Under the pieces are notes generated by a model. The model saw nothing but the letters and a program-made list of their open reading frames with translations, did no database searches and was not told the DNA's origin. The position numbers and the translations under genes are program-made. 64,000 nt of DNA from a virus: the IMG/VR virus record IMGVR_UViG_3300043438_002264, positions 60,541 through 124,540 of that record. One strand, 5' to 3'. The stretch's first letter is position 1. The number at the start of each line of letters is the position of its first letter. This document shows, in pieces, positions 40,225 through 49,433 of the stretch.

Positions 40225-41931
40225 TTAAACTAGTAATGTTCCCATTACTGTAACTGTTGAGCTAGCATTAACTGGAGTTACACGTAGTCTTACGTTAGTT
40301 CCATCAATATCAGCAGAAATTGCAGAAGAAGATCCGTTGGTTCCTACAACTGCATATTCAGTTATTGCAATGTTATCGCTTGTGTCTAGAGTTAGTAGCA
40401 CCTCTGAAATTTCAGTGTGAGTGCTGTAAGCAACTTTGACTAAGAACTTTGCTGAGCGATAAGATGCCTTAGCAAACGCATAAGCGGTTACTGCGGATCC
40501 TGCTGTTGGAGCAGAAACTGTAGCTGCAACCTGTCTTGCTATATTGTTTACCTCTACCGCTGTAAAGTCAGGGACGACTGCCTGAAGTGCATCTACTGCT
40601 CTTTGGTCTGTGAAGAATAGCTTGGTTCCTTCAGCAACATCAGTTGTACTAAACTCTGTGAAGTCTAGAGCAAGAGTAAGGGAGTTACCATTGTCATTAT
40701 AAGTTTTGCTAATTCCTGTACCGCCAACAAGTAAGCCATCAACACGATCGTCAACACGCTCGTCTGTGTAGTACTTGTTAGTTCCTTCTGGAAGAGTTGA
40801 TGTGTCTACCTCGGAAAGGTCAAGAACAAACTCTGTACCATTTAGGTCAAGACCAATTCCAGCAGTAAATGTTCCAGCTCCAGAGAACTGAGTAAACTGA
40901 AGTGGATCTGTTCCAATTGTAGCTGGCTTAAGAGTTTGAACCCAACCAGTGTTTGCATAGGTTCCTTCACTTACGAAAACAAAGTCTCCGCTATCAACTT
41001 CTGTTGCAGTGTCAAAGTCTGTTGCACGAAGTGCCTGACCAGAAACCTGAACAACATAAATACCATTTTCAGCAGCGTTTGTCTGATCCTTAAGAAGAAC
41101 ACGGTTTCCTGTGGCAAGTGTTACTCCACCAGCAGTGTCTCCATTTTCAAGACCATTAGCAATTGAAATGTTTCCATTTACTGCTACTCTGGCTGCCTCA
41201 TGAACGTGCAGTCCCTCAACAGCAGCATCTACATAAGCTTTTGTTGCTGCGTCGGTTGATTCGGTTGGTGCACCAAGATTAACAATCTTGTATGTTGCTG
41301 CATCTAAGTTAGCACCAAGATCTACGTTAGTGCTAAGAATCTTGTTGGTTAGTGTCTGCTGGTCTGTTAGCGTTGCTACTGTAGAGTCAATGTCTACTTT
41401 TACCTTGTTGTTGCTAACTGTAGATGTGATTCCAGTTCCACCCTCAAAAGTCAGGGTATCTGTTAGAAGTGAAACTGTGTCAGTTCCAGTATCTCCAGCA
41501 ATTCCTAGACCTGTAGAAATTGTGTTTGTAGTAACGTTTGTTACTCTACCTTTACCGTCTACTGTAATAGATGGAATCGCAGTAGTGCTTCCGTATGTTC
41601 CAACAGCTGTGTTTACTGTGTCTAGGGTAACGTTAATTGTAGTATCTCCAAGGTTTGTCATTGTGGCATTACCATCAACGTCACCTGCGATAGTGATTAC
41701 TGGATCACTAACATTAAAATCAATTTTTCCGTTAGCATCGTCATATGTTACTGAAATACCGCTTTCAGTATTCGTTGATACCATTCCACCAACAATGTCT
41801 TGAACAAGCTCTAGGGGGTTACCTGAACCGATGTTTGCTTCTGTAAGGATTGGGGAACCATTAATAGTTCCTGTAGTTCCTTCAACTACTAAACCAGATT
41901 TAATTCTAAAATCTTTAGTTACTGTTGCCAT
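40225..41931 (-). CDS. Fibre/decoration protein
   Basis: DAATKAYVD, RVLLKDQTNAAENGIYVV and EGTNKYYTDERV fibre motifs; paralogous to 38770-40122. Confidence 0.65.
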   Translation of the reverse strand: MATVTKDFRIKSGLVVEGTTGTINGSPILTEANIGSGNPLELVQDIVGGMVSTNTESGISVTYDDANGKIDFNVSDPVITIAGDVDGNATMTNLGDTTINVTLDTVNTAVGTYGSTTAIPSITVDGKGRVTNVTTNTISTGLGIAGDTGTDTVSLLTDTLTFEGGTGITSTVSNNKVKVDIDSTVATLTDQQTLTNKILSTNVDLGANLDAATYKIVNLGAPTESTDAATKAYVDAAVEGLHVHEAARVAVNGNISIANGLENGDTAGGVTLATGNRVLLKDQTNAAENGIYVVQVSGQALRATDFDTATEVDSGDFVFVSEGTYANTGWVQTLKPATIGTDPLQFTQFSGAGTFTAGIGLDLNGTEFVLDLSEVDTSTLPEGTNKYYTDERVDDRVDGLLVGGTGISKTYNDNGNSLTLALDFTEFSTTDVAEGTKLFFTDQRAVDALQAVVPDFTAVEVNNIARQVAATVSAPTAGSAVTAYAFAKASYRSAKFLVKVAYSTHTEISEVLLTLDTSDNIAITEYAVVGTNGSSSAISADIDGTNVRLRVTPVNASSTVTVMGTLLV

Positions 41932-41948
41932 GGGTTTATCTCCTTATT

Positions 41949-42395
41949 TTATGCCTTAAGTCCAACACGAGCGAATCGTGCTGTGACTGGCTTAACTGCA
42001 GGGTTTGGAATAATACTTAATACTAAGTTTGCTCCTACCCTTGAGACATCAACGGTTCCTATATCCCCATCATTGTCTATAATTCCATATTGACTGACAT
42101 TAATGTTTGTTCCGTCAATCAGTATGGTAAATTCTGTTGCGTAAAATTTATTAGCTCCGTCTGTCGTCTTTGACAAAGAAACCATATACTTTACAAGTCT
42201 CCAGGTTGCCACTGGAATACTTTCTAAAACTGTTGTGTTTTCAATACCCGAAACAACGCTTTCGTTATTTCCGTTCGTTCCAAGATCTGTAGATGCAGCA
42301 GCAAGAGTATCGATAAGATCAGTAAAATCTTGCTGGCTTGGACGGTCTCCAGATTCAAAACGTGTTTTTAGGTAGGACATCTCAACTTTAGCCAT
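41949..42395 (-). CDS. Virion structural protein
   Basis: LKTRFESGDRPSQQDFTDLIDT; C-terminus similar to the C-terminal domain of 40225-41931. Confidence 0.55.
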   Translation of the reverse strand: MAKVEMSYLKTRFESGDRPSQQDFTDLIDTLAAASTDLGTNGNNESVVSGIENTTVLESIPVATWRLVKYMVSLSKTTDGANKFYATEFTILIDGTNINVSQYGIIDNDGDIGTVDVSRVGANLVLSIIPNPAVKPVTARFARVGLKA

Positions 42396-42415
42396 ATTAT
42401 GATTATATCATTATA

Positions 42416-42643
42416 TTAGAGAATATAGTTGTTTATGCCAATAACAGCGATACCGATTGGTGGTGGATTGTTTACGTCATACCCCTGAATTTGAATATTG
42501 GTAAATTGAACTCTAAAAGGTAAAATCTGAGAAGCTTGAATTTTTGAGTATTTTACCTGAGTAAGAGTAGCCTTTGGATATTTTAGAGATACTACAGAAC
42601 CTACTTTTCTGTCAGACAGATAAGTAATTGTTGCTGTTGCCAT
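42416..42643 (-). CDS. Hypothetical protein
   Basis: 75 aa ending PPPIGIAVIGINNYIL, coupled to the upstream gene. Confidence 0.55.
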   Translation of the reverse strand: MATATITYLSDRKVGSVVSLKYPKATLTQVKYSKIQASQILPFRVQFTNIQIQGYDVNNPPPIGIAVIGINNYIL

Positions 42644-43053
42644 TATACAGTAACGTCCTCAATAACAGATAAAGAGCCTCTTGCAACGGTCCAGACTTGA
42701 CCATAGCCAATAGATTGTGTGTTAGTGCTTGTGTTTGTCATCTGAATATCAAATATATCTCCAGTTTGAAGTAAATTAGATTGTACAGAAGTTATCTTTA
42801 CTAAAAATTCTCCAGGAATTGGCTCACTATCAATTGGGTCTAAAATCGCAGTTGGAGATAAGGTAATTACAACAAGATCATTACGTCTTACTTCTAGCTT
42901 AGTGGTCCAGTCTGGAACATGCAAAGCTGCCAAAGTGTCATCGGTTACATAAACCTTAAAAGATGCGGTATCTCCACGGACAACAGTCCAAACTATTTCT
43001 GGGGGAGCAGAACCAATAAGATAGGATCCAGAAGATCCTCTAAGCGTAGCCAT
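42643..43053 (-). CDS. Ig-like structural protein (RGDT family)
   Basis: VVRGDT motif shared with 46763-47158 and 47247-47627. Confidence 0.55.
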   Translation of the reverse strand: MATLRGSSGSYLIGSAPPEIVWTVVRGDTASFKVYVTDDTLAALHVPDWTTKLEVRRNDLVVITLSPTAILDPIDSEPIPGEFLVKITSVQSNLLQTGDIFDIQMTNTSTNTQSIGYGQVWTVARGSLSVIEDVTV

Positions 43054-43087
43054 GTCTAAATTATATCATAATATATTGATTTAGTCT

Positions 43088-43306
43088 TTAGCTTACATCT
43101 GCTTTCCAGTGTAAATAAGATTTTATATATACTGCTGCATATGCGATAGCTGAAACAATAAAGCCATATTGCTCAGTAACAATAGCATAAGCAATCCAGA
43201 TTACTTCATTAAAAAGTAATACAAACCATCCCCAAAGAGTTTTTCTACCAACAAAGTAAATTCCTGCAACACCAATAGCGGCAAGTACCCATGACCAATA
43301 TTCCAT
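43088..43306 (-). CDS. Small three-helix membrane protein, PnuC-like
   Basis: Three hydrophobic segments; WGWFV..NEVIWIAY...QYGFI pattern. Confidence 0.55.
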   Translation of the reverse strand: MEYWSWVLAAIGVAGIYFVGRKTLWGWFVLLFNEVIWIAYAIVTEQYGFIVSAIAYAAVYIKSYLHWKADVS

Positions 43307-43315
43307 TTGTGATTA

Positions 43316-43555
43316 CTACCAATTTCCAACAGGGCACTCAGCATGCTTTAGTTTTGTTTTTAGGTGCATAATACATCCACACTTTTGACATTGCCCAGTT
43401 GCTTTAATTAAAAATGGACAAGCCTTGCAAATATCCATTCGCTTATCAGATTCTTCTTTTTCAACATATTCAGTATTGGGATTAAGCATGTCCCAGGGTC
43501 TTGTGGTTCCTAGGTTCTTTTTCCATTGCTGATATGGGGTAAGTTTTTCTTCCAT
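43316..43555 (-). CDS. Small Cys-rich protein (CxxC-CxxCGC-CP)
   Basis: RMDICKACP...CQKCGCIM..K.....CPVGNW; paralog at 49234-49431. Confidence 0.7.
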   Translation of the reverse strand: MEEKLTPYQQWKKNLGTTRPWDMLNPNTEYVEKEESDKRMDICKACPFLIKATGQCQKCGCIMHLKTKLKHAECPVGNW

Positions 43556-43557
43556 AA

Positions 43558-43803
43558 TTACCCCTCAGAAATTGGCGGGATAAAGGAATCTCCTTCTTGA
43601 GTCCAGCCAAAATCAATCTCTTCATGATTTAAATCGGTAATATCTATAATTTTTGGGTTAGATTGTAGCCCATAGATTAAAGCAGCAAGGTATGCGTTGT
43701 CGTAATTTTCTTCAACATGCCACTTATGAAAAACTTCATTATCTGCAGTTAAAGCAAAAATTCTTTCTGGTTTTTTTGTTTCTATTTCTTCATTTTTATT
43801 CAT
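43558..43803 (-). CDS. Hypothetical protein
   Basis: Start reassigned to ATG 43803, 6 nt after TGCTATAAT. Confidence 0.6.
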   Translation of the reverse strand: MNKNEEIETKKPERIFALTADNEVFHKWHVEENYDNAYLAALIYGLQSNPKIIDITDLNHEEIDFGWTQEGDSFIPPISEG

Positions 43804-43827
43804 AAAAAAATTATAGCATACTTGCAA

Positions 43828-44685
43828 CTAGCATGCCACTGAGGATGAAGAGCTTGATTGACTACAATCTGAGCTTGTTGTTGTTGTAGTACAAGTTTTT
43901 CTAAAAGGCTTGGTTTTTGAACAAGAAGTACAGCTCGTGGTACTTCTTGGGGTACAAGTTATTGTGGTTGTAGTATAAGTAGAGCAATCAGCCCTTCTAT
44001 AATAACAAGTTTTAGAAGACCCTCCAGACACTGCTACTGGAGCATCACAAAACCTTAATCCAGCAGTACAGCAATTCTCAGTTTCGGTAGTTCGTGTCTC
44101 ATTACAATAGATGTCCCTGCTACCAACAGTTCTTGTCCTAGTTCCTCCGCTACAAGCACTCCATGGAACAACTACAAAATAATTATCTGCTGTGTTTATG
44201 CATGCAGCAACAGGTGCCTTAACATAGCCACATAGTCCATCTACAAATTCTGATCCGCCTCCGCCGTAAGTGTCTGCACAAGCTTCATGATGAGAAAAAA
44301 CACCATCATAAAAAACTTCTCGTTGACGCTGATATGTATATGATGGGTAATTATATTTTTTATCAGCTGCACAAGACCCTCCTGTACTTTGAGTATTATA
44401 GGTAAAACAATTACCATAAGTTACTGTTGGAACGTATGGGGGAACGTAGTATTCGTAGTTATAAGAAATGCTTGTTTCATAGTTTACTAAAGAGTTTGCT
44501 GCAATAGACTGGGTATTTATCTTTTCATTTCTTGCATTATTTGAAGTGGGGGAGCTTGTTCTTGTAGACCTAAAAAGGCCAGCAAGCGATAGTGTGGAAT
44601 CTGCCTGCTCCATTGTTAACCCGTCAAGGTTTGGAACTCTTACCATTCCTTTGGAGGAACCAAATCTAGTTATAAAGCCTAGCAT
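43828..44685 (-). CDS. PASTA-domain protein with Cys/Thr-rich thrombospondin-like tail
   Basis: VRVPNLDGLTMEQADSTLSLAGL...INTQSIAANSLV (PASTA); PWSACSGGTRTRT (TSP1-like). Confidence 0.65.
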   Translation of the reverse strand: MLGFITRFGSSKGMVRVPNLDGLTMEQADSTLSLAGLFRSTRTSSPTSNNARNEKINTQSIAANSLVNYETSISYNYEYYVPPYVPTVTYGNCFTYNTQSTGGSCAADKKYNYPSYTYQRQREVFYDGVFSHHEACADTYGGGGSEFVDGLCGYVKAPVAACINTADNYFVVVPWSACSGGTRTRTVGSRDIYCNETRTTETENCCTAGLRFCDAPVAVSGGSSKTCYYRRADCSTYTTTTITCTPRSTTSCTSCSKTKPFRKTCTTTTTSSDCSQSSSSSSVAC

Positions 44686-44698
44686 AAGATGTTTCCTC

Positions 44699-45334
44699 CT
44701 ACGCCGTCAAATCTCCAACTAAAACCCAGGTATTAGTGTCTTTTTTGATTAATGTGGCTGGGGAATATCTAGAAGAAATTTTTCTATTAGAGTTTTTACT
44801 TAAAATAATAACTGTAACTGCATCTGATGGAGAAAAAACAGTTTGCCCAGCTCCCGTTTGGATAAAGGCTATCTGTGTACCAATTAAAAATGGAACAGCT
44901 GCGTTTGTTGGAATTGTTATGGTGTTTGTAGTCGCAACATCTATATCCAAAGTTCTTCCAGCATCTGCTAGTTCAAGAGTGTGGTTAGATGTCTTTGTTA
45001 CTAAGTTTGCATTTTCACCATAAACTCTCCAAGCACCATTAAAGTAATATTGAATTTGGTTAATAACTGCCCCAGCATTTGTTTGTCTAACAAAAACAAC
45101 AATTCCATTTGTTGGAGAGGTTATAGCTAAATCTCTAGCTGCGGCATCTAAAAAATTGTTAATACCAGCTTTTGCATTTAAGACAGAATTAAAGTTTACT
45201 GTATTAGAGAAATTGTGAGCTCCAGACCAGGCAAAAGCCTCTGTGGTATTGGTGTATCCAGCGACTGGATGCCAAGTATCATTTGGCTGATCATAAACGT
45301 ACGCAACTTTTCCAACATTACTAATAGTAGACAT
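44699..45334 (-). CDS. Fibre adaptor-like protein
   Basis: TIPTNAAVPFLIGTQI...ATLIKKDTNTWVLVGDLTA domain; start reassigned to 45334. Confidence 0.6.
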   Translation of the reverse strand: MSTISNVGKVAYVYDQPNDTWHPVAGYTNTTEAFAWSGAHNFSNTVNFNSVLNAKAGINNFLDAAARDLAITSPTNGIVVFVRQTNAGAVINQIQYYFNGAWRVYGENANLVTKTSNHTLELADAGRTLDIDVATTNTITIPTNAAVPFLIGTQIAFIQTGAGQTVFSPSDAVTVIILSKNSNRKISSRYSPATLIKKDTNTWVLVGDLTA

Positions 45335-45930
45335 TATACTCCTAGAGGTCTCCATCCAACTGATGAATCATAAACGTACATCATTAATGGCGATGAATCT
45401 TTATCTACCCACAAAGACCCCTCAACAATATTTCCAGTAGGAGCACTAATCTGATATTTAGCAATCTGATTAGATCTTATCCATGAAGTAGTGCCTAGGT
45501 CATAAACATACATTGTTAAAAAGGCATCATCTTTATCTACCCACTGCATTCCATCTTTAAGATTTGTTGTTGGCTGTGAATTTTGATATTTTGCAACAGA
45601 TGGAACAGAAACAACTGTTTCATCAAAAATCGGGGCAGCTGAATCAGCATCTACCCACATATATCCATTGACTGCAGTTGTTGGCTCATTTGTCTGATAG
45701 CTAGCTCCAACCCCTAAATTTTCTACTACTTGAACTCTGTTAGAAAGTGTATTAAGATGTCCTGCAACTGATTTTGAGGTTACGCTAGCTAAGTTTGCTG
45801 GTGGAGTTTTAGAACCATAATGATAGATTCTAAGAGCTTCTTGAATATCGGCATTGTCTGCCAGTCCTGGAATAGAAGTGTTGTATGGCCCAGTGCCGCC
45901 TGTAGTACCATCAATGTTTTCAATTGCCAT
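45334..45930 (-). CDS. Fibre protein with three internal repeats
   Basis: YQxxxPT...GxxWVD repeated three times. Confidence 0.6.
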   Translation of the reverse strand: MAIENIDGTTGGTGPYNTSIPGLADNADIQEALRIYHYGSKTPPANLASVTSKSVAGHLNTLSNRVQVVENLGVGASYQTNEPTTAVNGYMWVDADSAAPIFDETVVSVPSVAKYQNSQPTTNLKDGMQWVDKDDAFLTMYVYDLGTTSWIRSNQIAKYQISAPTGNIVEGSLWVDKDSSPLMMYVYDSSVGWRPLGV

Positions 45931-45965
45931 TATCTATTCACCTCATTAAATTTTATCATAATATA

Positions 45966-46763
45966 CTAAATTTCTATTGTTCCAATATTTGCAGTAACAA
46001 CAAAGCTCAAAGTCTTAATGCCAGTTATCTTTTCCCAAGTCAAAAGATCAGATTCAGTCTGCGATGCCTTAATAAATACTGGTAAGTACACTTTGCTTCC
46101 AATCTCAGTCAATTCCCCAAGCGTAAGCCCCGAAGCAATCGGAGTTTCATTAAGAATTACATACTGAATATTAAAATTTTCTGAGCTTAAAGTTCCTAGC
46201 TCAGAGAATGTAAAATAATCTCCAATTGGAAAAGAAAGTCCAGGAATAACAGTTCCTAGTTTTACCCAGCTAGAAAGTAGGCTAACATAAATCTTAAGCT
46301 CTAGCGGAGACAAAGAAAGGTCTAGCCAGAGCATCCCGTTGGTAGGGGAGCTTGGGGCTGTAGGGCTAGGAATAATTGTTGTAAGGTCTATATCTTCTGG
46401 GCCAGCTGGGGCTCCTGGCTCTGCAATAAAAGTAACAGCCTCTCCGTTGTAAAAAATTACGGGAATATTTGCAAGTGCGGTATTCGGAATAAGCCTAAGA
46501 ACTCTGGACCAAGTTAAGACTCCATTAACGCTTCCATATTGATACAAGAAAAGATACTCAAGATCTGATGGCTTTAAGTTTATGTAAAGATCATATGGCT
46601 TAATTTCTTGAGAAAAATCTACGTCTGGATCAGTAGGCTTTCCATTTCCAGTAAAAATATAGCTTCCACGAATACCCTGAGCACCAATGTCAACATTTAA
46701 ATCAATGCTTGCTGGTCCACCAAAAACCGATAGCTCATCTGAAGATAAAAGAATATCTACCAT
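45966..46763 (-). CDS. Virion structural protein, hypothetical
   Basis: GAQGIRGS collagen-like triplets; PSSPTNGMLWLD motif. Confidence 0.55.
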   Translation of the reverse strand: MVDILLSSDELSVFGGPASIDLNVDIGAQGIRGSYIFTGNGKPTDPDVDFSQEIKPYDLYINLKPSDLEYLFLYQYGSVNGVLTWSRVLRLIPNTALANIPVIFYNGEAVTFIAEPGAPAGPEDIDLTTIIPSPTAPSSPTNGMLWLDLSLSPLELKIYVSLLSSWVKLGTVIPGLSFPIGDYFTFSELGTLSSENFNIQYVILNETPIASGLTLGELTEIGSKVYLPVFIKASQTESDLLTWEKITGIKTLSFVVTANIGTIEI

Positions 46764-47158
46764 TAGCTCACCAAATCTTCGGCCTCAATAGCTCCAGAAA
46801 CTTGGTCAGTAACAGAGATTCCTCCAGTTAGCAAAGTTCTAACAATATTATAAGGAGTTCCAGCTTTATTTATTTCTACGTCATAAACATAGTTAAAAGT
46901 TGGTGTAAGCAAATTTCCGTTTTCGGGACGAATGGCACAGGTAATGTGGGTTCTGTCTGCAGATATAGCAGCATAACCTTCAATTTGATCATCTATTCCA
47001 GCATTTCCACGATCGCTTGAGATTGTAAACTTAACGCCTTCAGAAAGATCGTATCCTTCTAGCGGGAATGCAGCACCACTGGCATCTTTAGGATAAATCT
47101 TAAACTCATAGGTGTCTCCCCTATAGTATGAAATATTATATGTACCTGGAAATGCCAT
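46763..47158 (-). CDS. Ig-like structural protein (RGDT family)
   Basis: YYRGDTY...YVYDVEI...TLLTGGISV. Confidence 0.6.
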   Translation of the reverse strand: MAFPGTYNISYYRGDTYEFKIYPKDASGAAFPLEGYDLSEGVKFTISSDRGNAGIDDQIEGYAAISADRTHITCAIRPENGNLLTPTFNYVYDVEINKAGTPYNIVRTLLTGGISVTDQVSGAIEAEDLVS

Positions 47159-47166
47159 GATTCTCC

Positions 47167-47247
47167 TTAAACCTTGTAAGCCTTGTTTTTTATTTTAATT
47201 ACTGGTGGAAGCTGGCTTTTTACCGTTGAAATTTTAACAACTGGCAT
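47167..47247 (-). CDS. 26-aa basic microprotein, not in ORF track
   Basis: MPVVKISTVKSQLPPVIKIKNKAYKV; TAATG-coupled to the upstream gene; GGAGG RBS. Confidence 0.5.
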   Translation of the reverse strand: MPVVKISTVKSQLPPVIKIKNKAYKV

Positions 47248-47627
47248 TATAGACTTCCTCCTGTAACATCAGCAGAAACCTTTATTGTTCCTAGGACTGG
47301 TGTCCAAATTATACCGTTAATCTCTACCTGTAAATCAAATGCAAGTTCCGCAACTGTAGAGTTATAGCCAGTACCCCACAAAGAAGTTATGCTAGCTGGA
47401 GCAATAATGTTTACATATCCAGATCCAGACTCAACGGTCAGATTGTCTAGAACATCTCCAAATGAATCATAGGTAGTTGAAGCAAAAGTCCAACCAGTTG
47501 TGCTAAATGCTGTTACTTCATCATTTTGAAGAAAATCAACACGTAGCCTAGCAGTATCCCCACGAACAATATTCCATTTAATAATTGCTGGGGTATTGCC
47601 AAAGGCTTCAGGAATGGACATAGTCAT
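47247..47627 (-). CDS. Ig-like structural protein (RGDT family)
   Basis: IVRGDT...FDLQVE; start reassigned to ATG 47627, 6 nt after TGTTATAAT. Confidence 0.6.
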   Translation of the reverse strand: MTMSIPEAFGNTPAIIKWNIVRGDTARLRVDFLQNDEVTAFSTTGWTFASTTYDSFGDVLDNLTVESGSGYVNIIAPASITSLWGTGYNSTVAELAFDLQVEINGIIWTPVLGTIKVSADVTGGSL

Positions 47628-47652
47628 AAGACGATTATAACACATAAACCTA

Positions 47653-47709
47653 CAAAAATGACTAATACCCAGGCAAGTGGGTATGAGAGACAAACCTGGG
47701 TACTAGTCT
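47653..47709 (-). ncRNA. Candidate small hairpin RNA
   Basis: TGCTATAAT at 47715-47723 lies just upstream of a 14-bp stem (GACTAGTACCCAGG/CCTGGGTATTAGTC) followed by a T-tract. Confidence 0.4.
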
Positions 47710-47882
47710 TTAAAATTATAGCATACTTGTAGTTTATAAAATCGTTATAGAATCGTTATACGAAATACGGGAATAAAATTTGAAAAAGTATGTTATATTA
47801 TTATAATTAGGTTTTAGAAAAACTATATAGAGTATATAAATATATAAATATATAATATAGCTTTATATATTATATATAATAA

Positions 47883-48134
47883 TCAGTCTTTCTTTTTAAC
47901 AACCTTGGTCGGTTTTGTTTGTCCTAGCAAAATATCATATATTTTATCAACTTTTAAATCCAACTTTTCATGTTGTTTTTCTAGTCGGTTAACCTGATCT
48001 TTTATAGAAGATCCTCCATTAGGCTTTAATTCTGCAAAGTAGTGTTTTATTAGATGTCTAATTACAAACACCAGGGAACCCAGGATGGATATGATACCTA
48101 CGGTAACAGCTACTAGGGATTCAAGCATAGTCAT
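47883..48134 (-). CDS. Single-TM coiled-coil protein, holin-like
   Basis: N-terminal TM then ELKPNGGSSIKDQVNRLE; start reassigned to 48134. Confidence 0.55.
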   Translation of the reverse strand: MTMLESLVAVTVGIISILGSLVFVIRHLIKHYFAELKPNGGSSIKDQVNRLEKQHEKLDLKVDKIYDILLGQTKPTKVVKKKD

Positions 48135-48298
48135 GATTATATAATTATAACGGAGTTTATGAAATATAAGAGTTCGTCGCAAAAAAGTTTTTGAAATCGG
48201 CGGTTTTAAACACGGCGATAATAGAGCTTTATAAACAGATACACACAAGATATGCACTAAAAGTGCACTATGTAGGACTTCTGTGGTAAACTAATAAA

Positions 48299-49165
48299 AT
48301 GAAAAAGTATGGAAAATATTATTATTTAAATAATCGGCAAATCAACCTTTTTAAAAATAATTTATCTTTTAATCTTAAAAATTATCCTAATTTTACTGAT
48401 GAGTCTCAAGGAATCACCTATACTTTTAATAATCTTGGATACAGATCTGACGATTTTTCTAAAGAAGCAGCTTCTGATAATTTTCTCTTTGCTGGCTGTT
48501 CTTTTACTTTTGGGACTGGAGTTCCTTATGAAAATAGCTGGGGATATGAATTAAATAAACAGCTTAACGGAAATCATTTTTATAATATTTCTGAAGCTGG
48601 AAGAAATGCTCAAGTAATTGTTAATGAAATTTATCAATATATTAAATTATTTGGAAAACCTAAAAAGGTTTTTGCAATGTTTCCTAACATGGATAGAGAT
48701 TATTCTATTAGTTTTAATAATGATGATCTTTATGGATTACATTATAAGATAGAGCCTGTTGGTCTATTAAATCCTGGCGGAAAAAGTTTTAAAACAGATG
48801 ATGACTTTTACACGATTTTTAATTATATAAAAATTGAAACATTGTTTTATGATTTTTATCATGCAGTATCTCAATTAGAAGATTACCTAGAGTTATTAGG
48901 AGTCCCGTTTTTATGGACAACCTGGAATGAAAATTTAGCTGAATCTTTAAGGGGCGAGCCAATATTCAAAAATTATTTTGAGCTTGATTTTAATGGTTTT
49001 GGAGAATATCGAAAAGAAAATTTTTATCCGCCAAAAAGTCTCGGCAAAAATAGAAAGTTTTGGCTAGAGGGGGCTGATAAGCCTGGCCCACATCCAGGTA
49101 TTTTAGAGCATAAATATTTTGCTTTTCAATTTTTAAAAAAGCTCGACGAAATAGAGAATACCTAA
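48299..49165 (+). CDS. SGNH/GDSL-hydrolase-like protein
   Basis: FNNLGYRS, AGCSFTFGTG and HPGILEH motifs; markedly AT-rich. Confidence 0.6.
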   Translation: MKKYGKYYYLNNRQINLFKNNLSFNLKNYPNFTDESQGITYTFNNLGYRSDDFSKEAASDNFLFAGCSFTFGTGVPYENSWGYELNKQLNGNHFYNISEAGRNAQVIVNEIYQYIKLFGKPKKVFAMFPNMDRDYSISFNNDDLYGLHYKIEPVGLLNPGGKSFKTDDDFYTIFNYIKIETLFYDFYHAVSQLEDYLELLGVPFLWTTWNENLAESLRGEPIFKNYFELDFNGFGEYRKENFYPPKSLGKNRKFWLEGADKPGPHPGILEHKYFAFQFLKKLDEIENT

Positions 49166-49233
49166 ACACCCTACCTACAACCTCTGCATGACACATGCAA
49201 CTATGTAGGACCTTGGTGTGGTATAATTTTTTT

Positions 49234-49431
49234 ATGGGAGACGTAACATTCTTTGATCTATTTGATCCTAACAAGCCTAGAAGCGACAAAGAGCTTATTG
49301 AGCAAAGGCTGGCAATTTGCAATACTTGCCCAGCTTTTAGACCTAAAACACAACGCTGCAGTAAATGTGGCTGTTTTATGCAATTAAAAAGCACTCTCCT
49401 ACAAGCTAAATGTCCGATTGGAAAATGGTAA
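49234..49431 (+). CDS. Small Cys-rich protein, paralog of 43316-43555
   Basis: RLAICNTCP...CSKCGCFM..K.....CPIGKW; leaderless ATG at 49234. Confidence 0.7.
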   Translation: MGDVTFFDLFDPNKPRSDKELIEQRLAICNTCPAFRPKTQRCSKCGCFMQLKSTLLQAKCPIGKW

Positions 49432-49433
49432 AA

